From: an uncultured virus (IMG/VR IMGVR_UViG_3300002498_000029)
Taxonomy: Duplodnaviria > Heunggongvirae > Uroviricota > Caudoviricetes
Strand: one strand, 5' to 3'
IMG/VR virus record: IMGVR_UViG_3300002498_000029
Length of the DNA stretch: 64,000 nucleotides
The notes beneath the pieces are model-generated. The model saw only the letters and a list, made by a program, of their open reading frames with translations. It was not told the origin of the DNA and did not search any database. Below, piece after piece: positions 9,473 through 21,418 of the stretch; position 1 is the first letter of the stretch; every line of letters starts with the position of its first letter. The position numbers and the translations under genes are program-made.

Positions 9473-10990
9473 ATGTCACTATTTTACAATCAAATACAAC
9501 AAGCTCTCAATGAAAAAGATGTAGAGAATCGTTATAGAGAATTGCTGTCATCGTTATTTAAAGGATCTATTCTACAATCCCCTGGTTCTATAGATGGGTA
9601 TTTGACATATAAGAATATAAATATGTTGATGGAATTTAAGTATAATATTGACTTAAGTAAGAAAACTGCGCAATGTGTTATATTGGTTCAAATGTTATAT
9701 TATATTAAACAGATGCAAATTAAAGGTGAAGTAATACCTAATGTGCTATTTATTGGTGATTTGAACGAGTTTGCAATTATTCATAGTGAGGTTATATCTA
9801 AGTATTTGTCTGATAATACTATAAATTGGAATATTGCTCCGTCTCAAGCTCCGTCATTAAATAAAGATCTTATATTAAAGATGTATAATGATGACAATAT
9901 AAATTTTGCAGTATTTAATATAGCTAAAGATATAGATATCAATAATATAAGAGATCAAATACATAATGTAGCTATAAGCGGTTCTGTAGTAAGAACTAAG
10001 ATTACTTCATATAATATTGAAAAGGTATTTGATGTCTTTACTAACAATATTATAAAGAATAAAGCTAAGTATAACGCAAATCAATTAGTCAGTATCTTTA
10101 TAAACCTTATTACTAATCCGTATGAAAACTATATTCATCCTAAGAAAAACAACGTTTTAGTAACACCGTCTGGTGATGTTAATGTTGATGGTAGACTTAT
10201 GAGTGCTTTGTTTTTAAAGTATGAAGATGTTTATAGCCCTAAAGAGAAAGAAGAGTTAGTTGCTACTTGTGATAGGCTTATAACTGATTATGATAGGAGA
10301 ATGAAGGGTGAATTTTATACTCCTACTATTTGGGTTGATGAAGCTCATAGAGAAATTTGCAAAGTATTTGGTAATGATTGGAAAGAAAAGTATGTAGTAT
10401 GGGATCCTGCATGGGGTACTGGGAACTTAACACGAGATTATAACTTTAAAGAGTTGTATTGTAGTACGTTAAATCAAAGTGATATTGATATTGCAAATCA
10501 AAATGGTATAAATATGAATAGTATTAAGTTTCAATATGACTTTTTGAATGATGGGGTAGATGATAAAGGTGTGTTTTTAGATAAGAAACTGCCAGACGGG
10601 TTGAAGAAAGCTTTTGAAGAGGGTAGAGAAGTTATTGTATTTATGAATCCGCCTTATGCTACAAATAAATCAGCCGAATCATATAAAACAGAAGGTTCAA
10701 GAACTGATAATGAAAAAACAAAATTATCAGATATAATGGACAATATGGGACAGGCATCAGCTAATTTATATGCTCAATTTCTTTATAAAGCAATATTGCT
10801 TAATACTAAATATGGTGGAGTTAAATTAAATTTTTTTAGTCCAGAAGGATTTACAGTAAAACCTCAATTTTCAAAATTTCGCAAGTGTTTTTATAATACA
10901 TTTAAATTTAACACTGGTTTTGTATTTAATGCATCAGAATTTTCTGGTGTTGAGATGAATTGGCCAATTGCATTTACAATTTGGAGTTAA
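9473..10990 (+). CDS. Type IIG-like restriction-modification protein: N-terminal PD-(D/E)XK domain plus amino-methyltransferase
   Basis: DGYL..MEFK nuclease-like motif; GEFYTP, VVWDPAWGTGNL (motif I), NPPY (motif IV). Confidence 0.8.
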   Translation: MSLFYNQIQQALNEKDVENRYRELLSSLFKGSILQSPGSIDGYLTYKNINMLMEFKYNIDLSKKTAQCVILVQMLYYIKQMQIKGEVIPNVLFIGDLNEFAIIHSEVISKYLSDNTINWNIAPSQAPSLNKDLILKMYNDDNINFAVFNIAKDIDINNIRDQIHNVAISGSVVRTKITSYNIEKVFDVFTNNIIKNKAKYNANQLVSIFINLITNPYENYIHPKKNNVLVTPSGDVNVDGRLMSALFLKYEDVYSPKEKEELVATCDRLITDYDRRMKGEFYTPTIWVDEAHREICKVFGNDWKEKYVVWDPAWGTGNLTRDYNFKELYCSTLNQSDIDIANQNGINMNSIKFQYDFLNDGVDDKGVFLDKKLPDGLKKAFEEGREVIVFMNPPYATNKSAESYKTEGSRTDNEKTKLSDIMDNMGQASANLYAQFLYKAILLNTKYGGVKLNFFSPEGFTVKPQFSKFRKCFYNTFKFNTGFVFNASEFSGVEMNWPIAFTIWS

Positions 10991-10991
10991 G

Positions 10992-11921
10992 ATGATAAAG
11001 CTAGATGTAAGAGAGTTCAACAGAGAATCATTAGAGATTGAGACAGTTGATGTTGTTGAAAAGTTAAACAATGATGGATCAAAGTATAAGTCATTAGCGG
11101 ATTGGGTAAAAGAAGTTACGAATAAAAAGGCTGATGAAGAGTTGTATTATGGCTTAAAGAATGCAATAACATTGGGCAAAAACATAAAAAAGAATTATAA
11201 AGATCGTATTGGTGTTATTTTGTCAAATGGAAATAATTGTCAATATAATATCACGCATACTGCAATATTATCTAAAAGTTTTGATAGTGGTGGGTCTAGC
11301 AGAATATTTATTGATAATAATAATTTTGATAGAGCAATAATGTCTTATTCTGTTAAATCTCTTATTGAACCTACTTGGTTAAACAATAATGATGAGTATT
11401 TTGTCCCAGATTTTGATAATGTAGATAATGATTCATATAAACAATTTGTAAATGATTGTACTATTTATTCAATATTTAGTTTACAGTCTTCGATGAGAGG
11501 ATTATCAAATTATGATAGTGAAGTATTTAACATAGAAAATCAATGGTTCTGGTTATCAAATAAAGAAATGCAAGACTTATCTAATCAATATAATTTTGAT
11601 GAATTATACCAAGACACAAAAACATTCTCACAAGATAGATTCATCTACAATAAACTAAATGAGATTCAATTATCACCAGATGCTTTAGCTGTATTAGAAA
11701 AAGCAAAAGAATTAGTAAGGAACTCTTTCAAATATCGTCAAATAATGCATGACGAACACCCAGAATATCATCTTCAAACATGGGATGCTGGTTGGTACCA
11801 AATTAAGAAGATATTAAAAGAATATATGAAAGATGATTTAAAAGAATTTAACATTATGTATAAGAGTTTTGCAGATAGACTTAGACCTTATGTGTATGAA
11901 TTTGGGTTTTTGAGGAAGTAA
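10992..11921 (+). CDS. Probable C-terminal or specificity part of the R-M enzyme, encoded as a separate ORF
   Basis: Starts 2 nt after the MTase stop; WDAGWYQIK-type C-terminus; TAG/TGA-free. Confidence 0.55.
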   Translation: MIKLDVREFNRESLEIETVDVVEKLNNDGSKYKSLADWVKEVTNKKADEELYYGLKNAITLGKNIKKNYKDRIGVILSNGNNCQYNITHTAILSKSFDSGGSSRIFIDNNNFDRAIMSYSVKSLIEPTWLNNNDEYFVPDFDNVDNDSYKQFVNDCTIYSIFSLQSSMRGLSNYDSEVFNIENQWFWLSNKEMQDLSNQYNFDELYQDTKTFSQDRFIYNKLNEIQLSPDALAVLEKAKELVRNSFKYRQIMHDEHPEYHLQTWDAGWYQIKKILKEYMKDDLKEFNIMYKSFADRLRPYVYEFGFLRK

Positions 11922-11926
11922 GTAAA

Positions 11927-12589
11927 ATGATACCACTATATTACTATTACAATTATGGTACAGAACCTATAATGGGGGCTATCATAATAATAAGTATTAT
12001 AGGTTTATTTATTGCATATATTATGAAAAAGATAAATAACCCTTTATATAAAAAGCACGTAAATATCACTGATAAATATTGGTAGCTATCTGATTAGGAT
12101 AAGTATAAAATTGCTGTATAGAATTGTCATAAATAGCAAGAAAGGTTATAGAAAATTTAGCAAGAAAAACAATAGTGCTTAAAATTAAAACAATAGCAAG
12201 AAAGGTTATAGAAAATTTAGCAAGAAAAACAATAGCAAGAAAGGTTATCAAAATAGAGATTTTAGAAAATTTAGCAAGAAAAACAATAGCAAGAAAGGTT
12301 ATCAAAATAGAGATTTTAGAAATATTGGGAATATGAATAGCAATTATCAGAATGCATAATACAGAAATAGATTATCATAGGTTAGATAATAATGTTCTGT
12401 GTGTCCAATATAAAAGATATAAATTATGAAGACTTAAGAATACTATTAAACAAAATATATTATATTAAGGGATTATAGACTATACTTAAATAGCTATAGA
12501 ATAAGCGTATAAATTACGGCACATTTAACAAATCCATGAATCATAAATTTAAAAGATTACTGTTTGATATGATTCATGAATATTTATAA
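11927..12589 (+). CDS. Membrane-anchored protein with E/K/Q/R-rich helical repeats (recoded)
   Basis: TM segment IMGAIIIISIIGLFIAYI, then EQERLEKIEQEKQ repeats when TAG=E. Confidence 0.75.
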
Positions 12590-12602
12590 ATAAGGAGACA
12601 AA

Positions 12603-12968
12603 ATGAAAATACTAGTAAGCAAAATAACTGAAATACACAGGAGTCCTGTATGGGTATGGCGGCAATTACATACAGGACCTATTACAGATAGTGTAGAAAA
12701 TAACATTCTTATTGGATATAATGTACAGTATTAGATTATATTAGATAAAAATATACAAGAATATGAAGCTGCGCTTAATGCACTTAATAATTTTAATATA
12801 ACTTCGTTGGAAATGGCAATTGCCTAGCCTACAATATTATAGAAATCTGATATTATAAGTGATTAGACAACAAGCATTTTAAATTGGGCTGTTGTTTATA
12901 TGTCTGATACTATAATTGATAAACGATATACAATTTATTCTTGGGAAGATGCAAAACAATCTTTATAA
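12603..12968 (+). CDS. Hypothetical protein (recoded)
   Basis: AAGGAG RBS; open to TAA. Confidence 0.6.
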
Positions 12969-12998
12969 AAGTATAGATTAACATATTGATATTATAAT

Positions 12999-13028
12999 TG
13001 TGATAAACCACATCATCATAGATATAAT
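12999..13028 (+). promoter_or_regulatory. Phage promoter TGTGATA-N17-TATAAT
   Basis: Repeated motif, upstream of PARP. Confidence 0.75.
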
Positions 13029-13057
13029 TAAAACATATTAAGATTAAGAGGTTATAT

Positions 13058-14239
13058 ATGCAAACATCAGAAAGATATCTTGTCATGATAACAGAAGCTA
13101 ATAATAATAAATTCTATCATATGAAGCCTAGCGGTTCTCAACTTATTATAGAATATGGTCGTATTGGATCTTCTGTTCGACATGAGACTTATGATATTAG
13201 CAAATTTAATTCTAAATATAATGAAAAGATTAGAAAAGGCTATCAAGATAAAACTGAATTATATATAACTAATACAACTACTTCAACTACAAAACCTATT
13301 AGTGATCTTGCTATTAGAACCTTTATTGACAAGCTTCTTAAGTTTTCAAATGATTCTGTAACAAATAATTATACAGTAAATGCTAAGAATGTTACTCAAG
13401 CTCAAATTGATCAAGCTCAAATGATTATTAATAATATATCAAAGGAATCTAAATATAGCATAGATCCAGTTGAAATAAATAATTTACTTATTGACTTATA
13501 TCATGTATTACCCCGTAAAATGAATAATGTCAATAATTATCTTATTAAATCTAATGATGCTAAAGTATTACAAAATATGCTAGTTAGAGAACAAGATCTT
13601 CTAGATTCATTGGCTTCTAGTATGTCAGTGGCTAATGCTCAACAATCTCAAACTACTCAAGATCAAAACATATTAGACATTCTTGGTATTGAAGTAAATC
13701 ATTGCACTGATGAGCAAATTGAGCAAATTAAAAACCATATGGGACAAACTAAAGATAGATTTTCACAAGCTTATGTAGTAAATCATAAAAAGCAATCTGA
13801 ATTATTTGAATCATTGCAAACTACTAAAAAAGAATTACTTTGGCATGGTACTCGTAATGAAAACGTAATATCAATACTTCAAAAATCATTACAAATTAGG
13901 CCAGCTGGAGCAATTATTACTGGCGCGATGTTTGGTGGAAATGGAATATATTTTGCCGATAAGGCTATTAAATCTACTGGATATACATCTACTAGTGGAT
14001 CATATTGGGCTAGAGGAACTAGTAGTATTGGGTATCTTATGGTATTTGAAGTAGCAGTTGGTAATCAAAAACATATTTATAAACATGATAGCTCATGTTA
14101 TAAATTAAATAAAAAAGACCTTAATGCTGAAGGATTTGATAGCGTATTTGCCCATGGTGGTGTAGATTTAAAGAATAATGAATTTATAATTTATTCAACA
14201 GACCAATGTAAAATTAAATATATTATAGAAATAAAATAA
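13058..14239 (+). CDS. PARP-like ADP-ribosyltransferase (WGR + regulatory + catalytic domains), TAG/TGA-free
   Basis: NNNKFY..EYGRIG WGR domain; LLWHGT, GAMFG.GIYFA, NEFIIY (H-Y-E triad). Confidence 0.88.
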   Translation: MQTSERYLVMITEANNNKFYHMKPSGSQLIIEYGRIGSSVRHETYDISKFNSKYNEKIRKGYQDKTELYITNTTTSTTKPISDLAIRTFIDKLLKFSNDSVTNNYTVNAKNVTQAQIDQAQMIINNISKESKYSIDPVEINNLLIDLYHVLPRKMNNVNNYLIKSNDAKVLQNMLVREQDLLDSLASSMSVANAQQSQTTQDQNILDILGIEVNHCTDEQIEQIKNHMGQTKDRFSQAYVVNHKKQSELFESLQTTKKELLWHGTRNENVISILQKSLQIRPAGAIITGAMFGGNGIYFADKAIKSTGYTSTSGSYWARGTSSIGYLMVFEVAVGNQKHIYKHDSSCYKLNKKDLNAEGFDSVFAHGGVDLKNNEFIIYSTDQCKIKYIIEIK

Positions 14240-14291
14240 TTTTCAAAAACATATTTCCTGTTATATTTATATATAATAAGGAGAATGTTAA

Positions 14292-15290
14292 ATGGAAGAA
14301 TATATCATATGTGAATATTGCAGTAAATATATAAAAAATATTGCTAATTCAAAAACTGGTCATTATAGACGTTGCATAAAATGAAAGTAGCATAGAGACG
14401 ATATAATTAAAGGTATAACATATTAGTATTTATATTAGTAGTATATTATAAATTAGAAGTCTATTACGCAAATATGTGCGTAGTTAACCCTTAAAAAGGC
14501 TGGGGCAATTATATAGTTATTAAATAAATATAATATACATATTAGAACTAGATCATAGGGTAAGCGAACTAAATCATATATTGCACAAACTAAAAAAACC
14601 TGTAATTAGAAATATGGTGCAGATTATCATACATGTAAATAGTCAAATTTACGATAGCATATTGATAACCAAATTAAAGTATTGCACAATGTTAATAATG
14701 TATTTCAATTATCTAATATAAAATAGAAAATTCGTAATACTTGTATGTAGCGATACGGAGTATTAAATGCTAGTCAATGTTAGACTGTTAAAAATACTTT
14801 TAGAAAAACGTGTTTATTAAAATTTGGCGTTGATAACCCATGAAAATGTAAATAGGTAATAGATAAGTGTTTAAATACTAAATTCTTAAAACCCAAATCA
14901 TACAATTCAACTTCTAAGGCGGCAGTCGAGTTGTTTAATAAATTATTAATATATAATGATAATTAGCATATATATTGCCAAAATAAAGGAAAATAGTTTG
15001 GTGTAATGTCATAGTATAAAAAATATTATTTTTATGACTATGTTGATACAATTACTAAAAAATGTATATAGTTTAATGGTAATTATTACCATGCAAATCC
15101 AAAGTACTATGAGTCTGGTGATATTAATAAAAAATTAAATTGTACTGCACAAGATATTTGAAAACGAGATGCACTTAAATTGTCTGCAATAAAGGATAGA
15201 GGATATTAGATATTAGTAATTTGATAGGATGAATATACCTGTAATAAAGAACTTATAATTGAAAATTGTATTAAGTTTTTACAGAGCTAA
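14292..15290 (+). CDS. Free-standing homing-type endonuclease (repeated KTC.EKYGV motifs plus Vsr/DUF559-like nuclease; recoded)
   Basis: KKTCNEKYG, NTCMERYGV, KTCLLKFGVDNP repeats; KCIEFNGNYYHANP; GYEILVIWEDEY, where WE is TGA TAG. Confidence 0.8.
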
Positions 15291-15570
15291 TAAAGCTATT
15301 AAAGCTTTAGGTTATACATCAACTAGAGGATCATTTTGGGCCCGTGGAAATAATGAAGTTGGATATCTATTTGTATTTGAAGTTGCGGTAGGAAATCAAA
15401 AACATATTTATAAGCATGATTCATCTTGTTATAAATTAAGTGAAACTAGTATAAAGACTGAAGGATTTGATAGTGTTTATGCTCATGGTGGAGCAGATTT
15501 AAGAAATGATGAATTTATAATTTATGACACAAAAAAGTGCAGAATTAAATACATAATAGAGGTAAAATAA
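15286..15570 (+). pseudogene. Orphaned duplicate of the PARP 3' end (285 nt)
   Basis: ANKAIKALGYTS...VGNQKHIYKHDSSCYKL...AHGGADLRNDEFIIY aligns colinearly with 13955-14239; no proper start. Confidence 0.8.
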
Positions 15571-15845
15571 TGAGACTTTAGAATTGGTATTTTGAAAGTA
15601 ATAATTATAAATATGCTAATCTAGATTAGCTAGATATAGTTACAAATGGAAATGTTTATGGAAACTAGAATTTTTATGAGGGACAATATGTGCACACTAG
15701 CTTAGTTAAATTAATTAATCTTAAAGAAAAATATATTTTAACACTAAATAGTAAGTATGAATTAGGTAAAATATCAAAAAGCTACTTACAATTTTGTATT
15801 GATAATGATGTAAAAGATTTAGATTTACTAAGACAATTCGAATAA
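15570..15845 (+). CDS. Hypothetical phage protein (recoded)
   Basis: MRLENWYFE...GNVYGNENFYEGQYVHTS; coupled TAATG start. Confidence 0.6.
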
Positions 15846-15928
15846 GTAATTTTAAATGTGAATAAAATATATACAAGGATATTTATATATAAGATAAATA
15901 CAAAATAACATAGGAGGAGAACAGATGA

Positions 15929-16540
15929 ATGATGACAGCTAGCGACCTAAGAATTATAAATGCAAATTATTACAAAGGACCCTCCTTCAAACGAAAGTAT
16001 TAGTTTAATACAGATTTAGTTTGTGGCAATATTTGTTATTGGTAGAAAAAAGGCATAATTATATTTTATTTTATAACTAAACCAATATTATAGAAGATAA
16101 TAAATAATAAACAAATTAAATTAAATAATGGTATAAAGATAAATAAATTATATTATGATTTATTTGTATAGTTAACTTAGATAATAAATAGACATATAAA
16201 TGTTAAATAGTATTATTAGTATGTATTTTGTGGGCATTCTATCGGTGGGACTATAGCATCTATTGCATTATATTATGCAATAAATATGACGTATGGCTGT
16301 GACTATAATTATAATTTAATAACATATGGTAGTTTACCTGTAGGAAATAAACAATACTGTAAATATATGAGAAATAATTGTGATGTTTATGAATATTTGA
16401 ATTATAATGATAAAATAAAGGTACCCATAGGGTATAGTAATATTGGAAATAAAATATTACTTGATAGTGGTGGGCATAATTGGATAGATTATTTTAATAA
16501 TTTAAACCAGCATAAAGGAAATTTAATTATAAATGAATAA
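15929..16540 (+). CDS. Lipase class 3-like alpha/beta hydrolase (recoded)
   Basis: FCGHSIGG nucleophile elbow; TYGSLPVGN; GGAGGAG RBS. Confidence 0.7.
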
Positions 16541-17219
16541 AAGACAAATGACACATACAGCATTATCTTAGGTAGTATGAACAAAATAGAAGTAGTTTAA
16601 ACCGTAGGTAAGATTAAAAATATTAAAATGGGCAGTAGATTTATATACATAGATAGGGCTGTAGTTTAAGATTAAAGATATAATATTTTGTGGTAGTATG
16701 GCTCAATTTAATTATACAAAATATAGTGATCTTGATATTCATATTATAACATAGTATGCAACTATAGATAAATAGGCATCTGTAGTATAGTAGCTATTTA
16801 AAACTAAGTGCCAATAGTGGCAATAGAAAACATAGCCGTAGATTGATGGGCATTAGGTACAATTTTACATACAAGATGTAAATCAAAAATCTAGTGGAAT
16901 TCATGCTATATACGATATTGTCAATAATACTTGAATTGTTAAACCATCTCATTTTAATATTAATATAGATTATACTAAAATAACTGAATTAGTTAATAAA
17001 GTAACAAAAAAGATTGTAAGAAATAAAGATAATTTATAGATGCTAGTTAAAATTAAAGATAAATTAGCTGAAATAAGATAGTAGGGATTACAAGATTTGG
17101 GTGAATATTCAGTATAGAATTTAGCATTTAAATAGTTAAGAAATAAAAAAGTATTATAGTTATTAAAGGCTTACATTAAAAAACTATCAGGTAATTAGAA
17201 ATAGAAATAGGTTAGTTAA
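16533..17219 (+). CDS. Pol-beta-family nucleotidyltransferase (recoded)
   Basis: IIFCGSMAQFNYTKYSDLDIHII; GEYSVENLAFKELRN. Confidence 0.75.
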
Positions 17220-17228
17220 GGGGAGTTT

Positions 17229-18899
17229 GTGAAATATAAGGATACGATATAGTTTTTCTTTAAAAAGTTAAATTTATAGCCAAGATAGACACAATAGTAG
17301 GTTATTAATAATTGTTTAGTATAGTTTATTGATAATAAGAAAAAGTATGTAATACTGTCAGCTCCAACTGGATCTGGAAAAAGTATTATAGCTGTAATAA
17401 TTGCAGAATGTATGAAATTTTTAACAATCTAGTAGAATACTAATCTAAAATCATCATATATATTAATGCATAATAAAGCTTTGCAACATCAATATTATTA
17501 GACCTTTAAAGATAAAGATGATTTTGCAAATATAATGGGAGCTGGAAACTATTAGTGTAAGTAGATGAATGGAACTGGATAGGACTGTGTTATTAAAGGT
17601 ATATATAATCCAAATAATCCGTTTTTAAGATAGGCGTGTAAGCATTGCAAATATAGATAGTCTAGGTTATTATTATTTAAATCTCCACATATTATTACTA
17701 ATTATTCATTTTACTTTATTATGGGTCTTCAACGTGATATGTTAAAAAAACGGCTATTAACTGTATACGATGAAAGTCATTTATTAAATGATATATTTTG
17801 TTCGCATATGTAGATAAGATTGACACCTAAAGTTATATAGTTATTATTGTCATTATTAGATAAATATCCTTGTAATAAACATGACAAATTTTAGAATTAG
17901 CTTAATAATTATAAGAAAACATTACAATCTAATAGATTAAATTAGGATAACTATATTGATTTCTTAGATAAATTTTATACTACTATTGTTAGTATATTGG
18001 GTGAATATTAGAATATTGTTGAAGATTTACACTAGTCTGGTGATATATAGACTTGTAAAGCTTATAAAAAAATAGTAAATAGATTTACAAATTTATATTC
18101 AAAATATTAGGGATTAACTAATTATTAGTATTAGTATACTGTAGATTTTAAATAGGGTATAGCTTTACAACCAATATTTGTAGGTAAAGTATTTAAAGAG
18201 TCTGAAAGAAGTTAGTATAATTTATTTATGTCAGCTACTAACCAATTATAGTATATAGTTAAAACACTATAGATAGATGAAGCGAAGTGTGCCTTTATAA
18301 AAGCAAAACCAATCTTTAATCCATAGAATAAATAGGTAGTGTTTATTAATCATTGCAAATATAATTATAAAAATTTATCATAGCTACACATAATTAAATA
18401 GATAAATTAGTTTGTATATAATATTATCGATTAGAATAAACATCAGTCTGGAGTAATATTAACACCATCATTTAAAATAAATGAATAGATTGTAAAATAT
18501 ATTACAAAAAGAATTTTAGGTATAAATATATTATATCAATAGCAAGGTAAACCATTAGCGATAGTATTAGACTAGTTTAAACATTGTACTACACCCTCAA
18601 TTTTAATTAGTCCATCTTTATGGTAGGGAGTTAGTTTAGACGATGATATTAGTAGATATCAAATTATAATAAAAGCACCATATTTAAATCTTGGTGAAAA
18701 AAGAATAAAATATATATTAGACAATTATCCAAGTATATATCAAATCCAAACATTATTTAAGCTTATACAGGGTATGGGTAGAAGTACCAGAAGTATAACT
18801 GATTATAGTATATCATATTGTTTAGATTCAAATTGCAAAATGTTATTTAACAGTAAATATAATGTTTGGAAAGATTAGTTTAATGCACAAAACATATAA
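17229..18899 (+). CDS. DinG/Rad3-like SF2 DNA helicase (recoded)
   Basis: APTGSGKS, DESH, SAT, SPSLWEGVSL, QGMGRSTRS, LDS. Confidence 0.88.
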
Positions 18900-18914
18900 A
18901 AAAGGAGACATATC

Positions 18915-19280
18915 ATGATTGACACATTATCAACAATAGTAGATAGTACAGGAACAGTTATTAATTTAACACAACATCCAATATTATTGACAGTATTAGG
19001 AGTAGTTTTAACATCTGTAATATTTGGAATTTCAATTTTTATGATTATAAAAAAACTAAATTCTAAAAAATTAATTGAAATTCAATACGTAATACAAGTT
19101 ATTCTTGATGCTTTATCTGATGGTAGCATTAGCACGGCAGAGCTACAAGAAATACTTATGAATATACAAAAGTTGTTTATTTTAAACTCTTTAACTACTA
19201 ATGAAATATGTACTACTATTTTACAAAGAGTACATCAATTAAGATTAGTTAAACAAGATATTAAACCAAAGAAAATTTAA
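18915..19280 (+). CDS. Single-TM membrane protein, TAG/TGA-free
   Basis: AAGGAG RBS; hydrophobic stretch at residues ~23-45. Confidence 0.6.
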   Translation: MIDTLSTIVDSTGTVINLTQHPILLTVLGVVLTSVIFGISIFMIIKKLNSKKLIEIQYVIQVILDALSDGSISTAELQEILMNIQKLFILNSLTTNEICTTILQRVHQLRLVKQDIKPKKI

Positions 19281-19294
19281 ATAATACAACTATA

Positions 19295-19771
19295 ATGAAA
19301 TATCAAGATAAGTTATTTATAGATATAGCTAATAGACTTAAATAGCAATCTAATTGTATATCAGTTAAAGTCGGTTGTGTAATTGTTAAAGATAGTAGAA
19401 TTATATCAATGGGATATAACGGTACTCCGGCTAAATATATAAATTGTAGTTAGTACTGAGGTTTAGATTATTTAAATCAATCTAAATAGTATACTATAAA
19501 CAGATAGAAGCACCATAAATGATCTGATATACATGAAATCCATGCAGAAATGAATGCAATATTGTTTGCAGCTAAATAGGGTATATCAATAAATAATAGT
19601 GTATTATATACTACTGTATTTCCTTGTCAGCATTGTTTAAAAAATATTATTCAAGCTGGAATAAAATAGATAGTATATTAGCAATAGTATGATTTAGGAA
19701 TAACAGATTTATCTTTTATGGAATATATTAAAAGAAATATATTAATAAGACAATATATTTAGGAGAAGTAA
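19295..19771 (+). CDS. dCMP deaminase (recoded)
   Basis: VGCVIV..RIISMGYNG, HAEMNA, PCQHC. Confidence 0.9.
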
Positions 19772-20004
19772 TGAAATATCAAGTTAGAGTTGATACAAGT
19801 AGTTAGCGAATATAGGTACTTCAATATTTAGACACTCACTGTTAGAAAATTGAATAGGGTTTATACTTAATTAATAGTGAGGACTTATTTAATATTGCAT
19901 ATATTGCTGCAGTAGATTAGATTAGATTATCTCATGACAAAAATACAAATTAGTATTATATATATACTGAGTATTTTGACGGGGATGATTAGTAGGATTG
20001 GTAA
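19771..20004 (+). CDS. Small hypothetical protein (recoded)
   Basis: Coupled start; open to TAA. Confidence 0.5.
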
Positions 20005-20096
20005 ACAAAATTTAAAATAAAATAAATATTTTACTCGCCAGTATTAGACAAAATAATTGTTTAGTACTAGGATAAATAAAAAAGGAGAAAATACAA

Positions 20097-20873
20097 ATGA
20101 GTAATCACAAAAAGTAGGTATAGGTATATATTACTATACAGCATTCCCGTCTAAGACTATATTAGGATAATAAGTATTATCTTAATAACGAACAATAGTT
20201 TGAATTATAGTTTAATAATAGTTCAGATTAGTATTGATTAGCAATGATAAGTATTGGAAATAAAAGAATTTCTGATAGTGGATTAATAATTAAACCATAC
20301 TAGCATACATATCTAGATAGATATATTGATTATAATAAGAAATTTATATTTAAGACATTTAATACTACTACAGACAACGTGTAGAAAGCTAAAATACTTG
20401 GTAATATTAAGGTTGAACTATATAGATAGTCTTCTAATTCTGCTACAATAAATCATTTATATAAGTATTATCAACAACCAGTTATAATTAATCAACCCTG
20501 TGTTACGCCTGATCATTGGACTAATCCATTTATATATACCATTAATAATACTGGACACTATACTTAGCCGAATAGTAGTATTACTAGTAATACTTATGGA
20601 ACTCACAATACTAATATTAAAAATTGTTCAAAACTATTATCACCGCAGTTAAATGATGTATAGATTGGTATAATATAGGGTGGAGATAAGTCTAAAACTG
20701 AATTTAAATAGTCTTATAGATAGTTTAAAGATTATCCATCAATTGTATATAATTATAACCTATTACCAATATCACATAAATCAACTGATGAAATATATCA
20801 TTATTGTGAAAATTGTGGAAGAAGAATAAGATCTAAGGAAAACTTCTGTCCAAAATGTGGTAAACAAAACTAA
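20097..20873 (+). CDS. Zinc-ribbon-containing hypothetical protein (recoded)
   Basis: AAGGAG RBS; C-terminal CENCG...FCPKCG. Confidence 0.7.
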
Positions 20874-20884
20874 GTATTTAAACT

Positions 20885-20918
20885 GGGGCGTATAACTATA
20901 TATGCCCCGCTTTATTTT
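20885..20918 (+). terminator. Rho-independent terminator
   Basis: GGGGCGTATA..TATATGCCCC hairpin followed by a T-rich tail, just after a stop codon. Confidence 0.7.
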
Positions 20919-21365
20919 AAGGATATAACATATGACAAACTAGCAAATAGGTACAGCTTTTAAAACACTATCAATATAGCAAATACTTGAAGATGAAGAA
21001 TTAAAAAATATCTTCTTAAGATTATATTATAACTATAAACAACTGTAGGAATTAAATATCAATAGAGGAAAAGATGGAACAAAAAAACTTATTTTAGGAT
21101 AATTTTGTTATTGGATTGTAGAAATGTTATACAGACGTAGATTATCATAATTATATTATGTAGGTTAAAAATACTAAATCTAATATTATATTAGATTGTA
21201 CAAATATATAGACTTGTGTAAACAAATTGAATGATATTACTGAAGATTTATTATGGTGGGTATAGCTATTTAATCCATCAATGATTTTAATAAGTAATGA
21301 ATTACCAGTATTACAGCAAGAACACTTTCCAGGGATTACTATAAAAACCTTCTAATTAAAATAAT

Positions 21366-21395
21366 TGTGATAACTTGGCTTAATTGTAGTATAAT
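21366..21395 (+). promoter_or_regulatory. Phage promoter TGTGATA-N17-TATAAT
   Basis: Repeated motif. Confidence 0.75.
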
Positions 21396-21418
21396 TTAAT
21401 TAAGTAAAGGAGATCAAT

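Noticed and set aside
12066..12305. Minus-strand hydrophobic repeat ORF from the track
   Set aside because: It is the antisense shadow of the recoded plus-strand repeat gene 11927-12589.
14240..15290. Group I intron in the PARP gene
   Set aside because: The upstream PARP copy is already complete with its own stop, no intron core elements are evident, and the downstream part is a duplicate rather than a missing exon.
15259..15570. Independent 103-aa gene as given in the ORF track
   Set aside because: Its first codons overlap the endonuclease 3' end in another frame with no RBS; the rest is the orphaned PARP duplicate.
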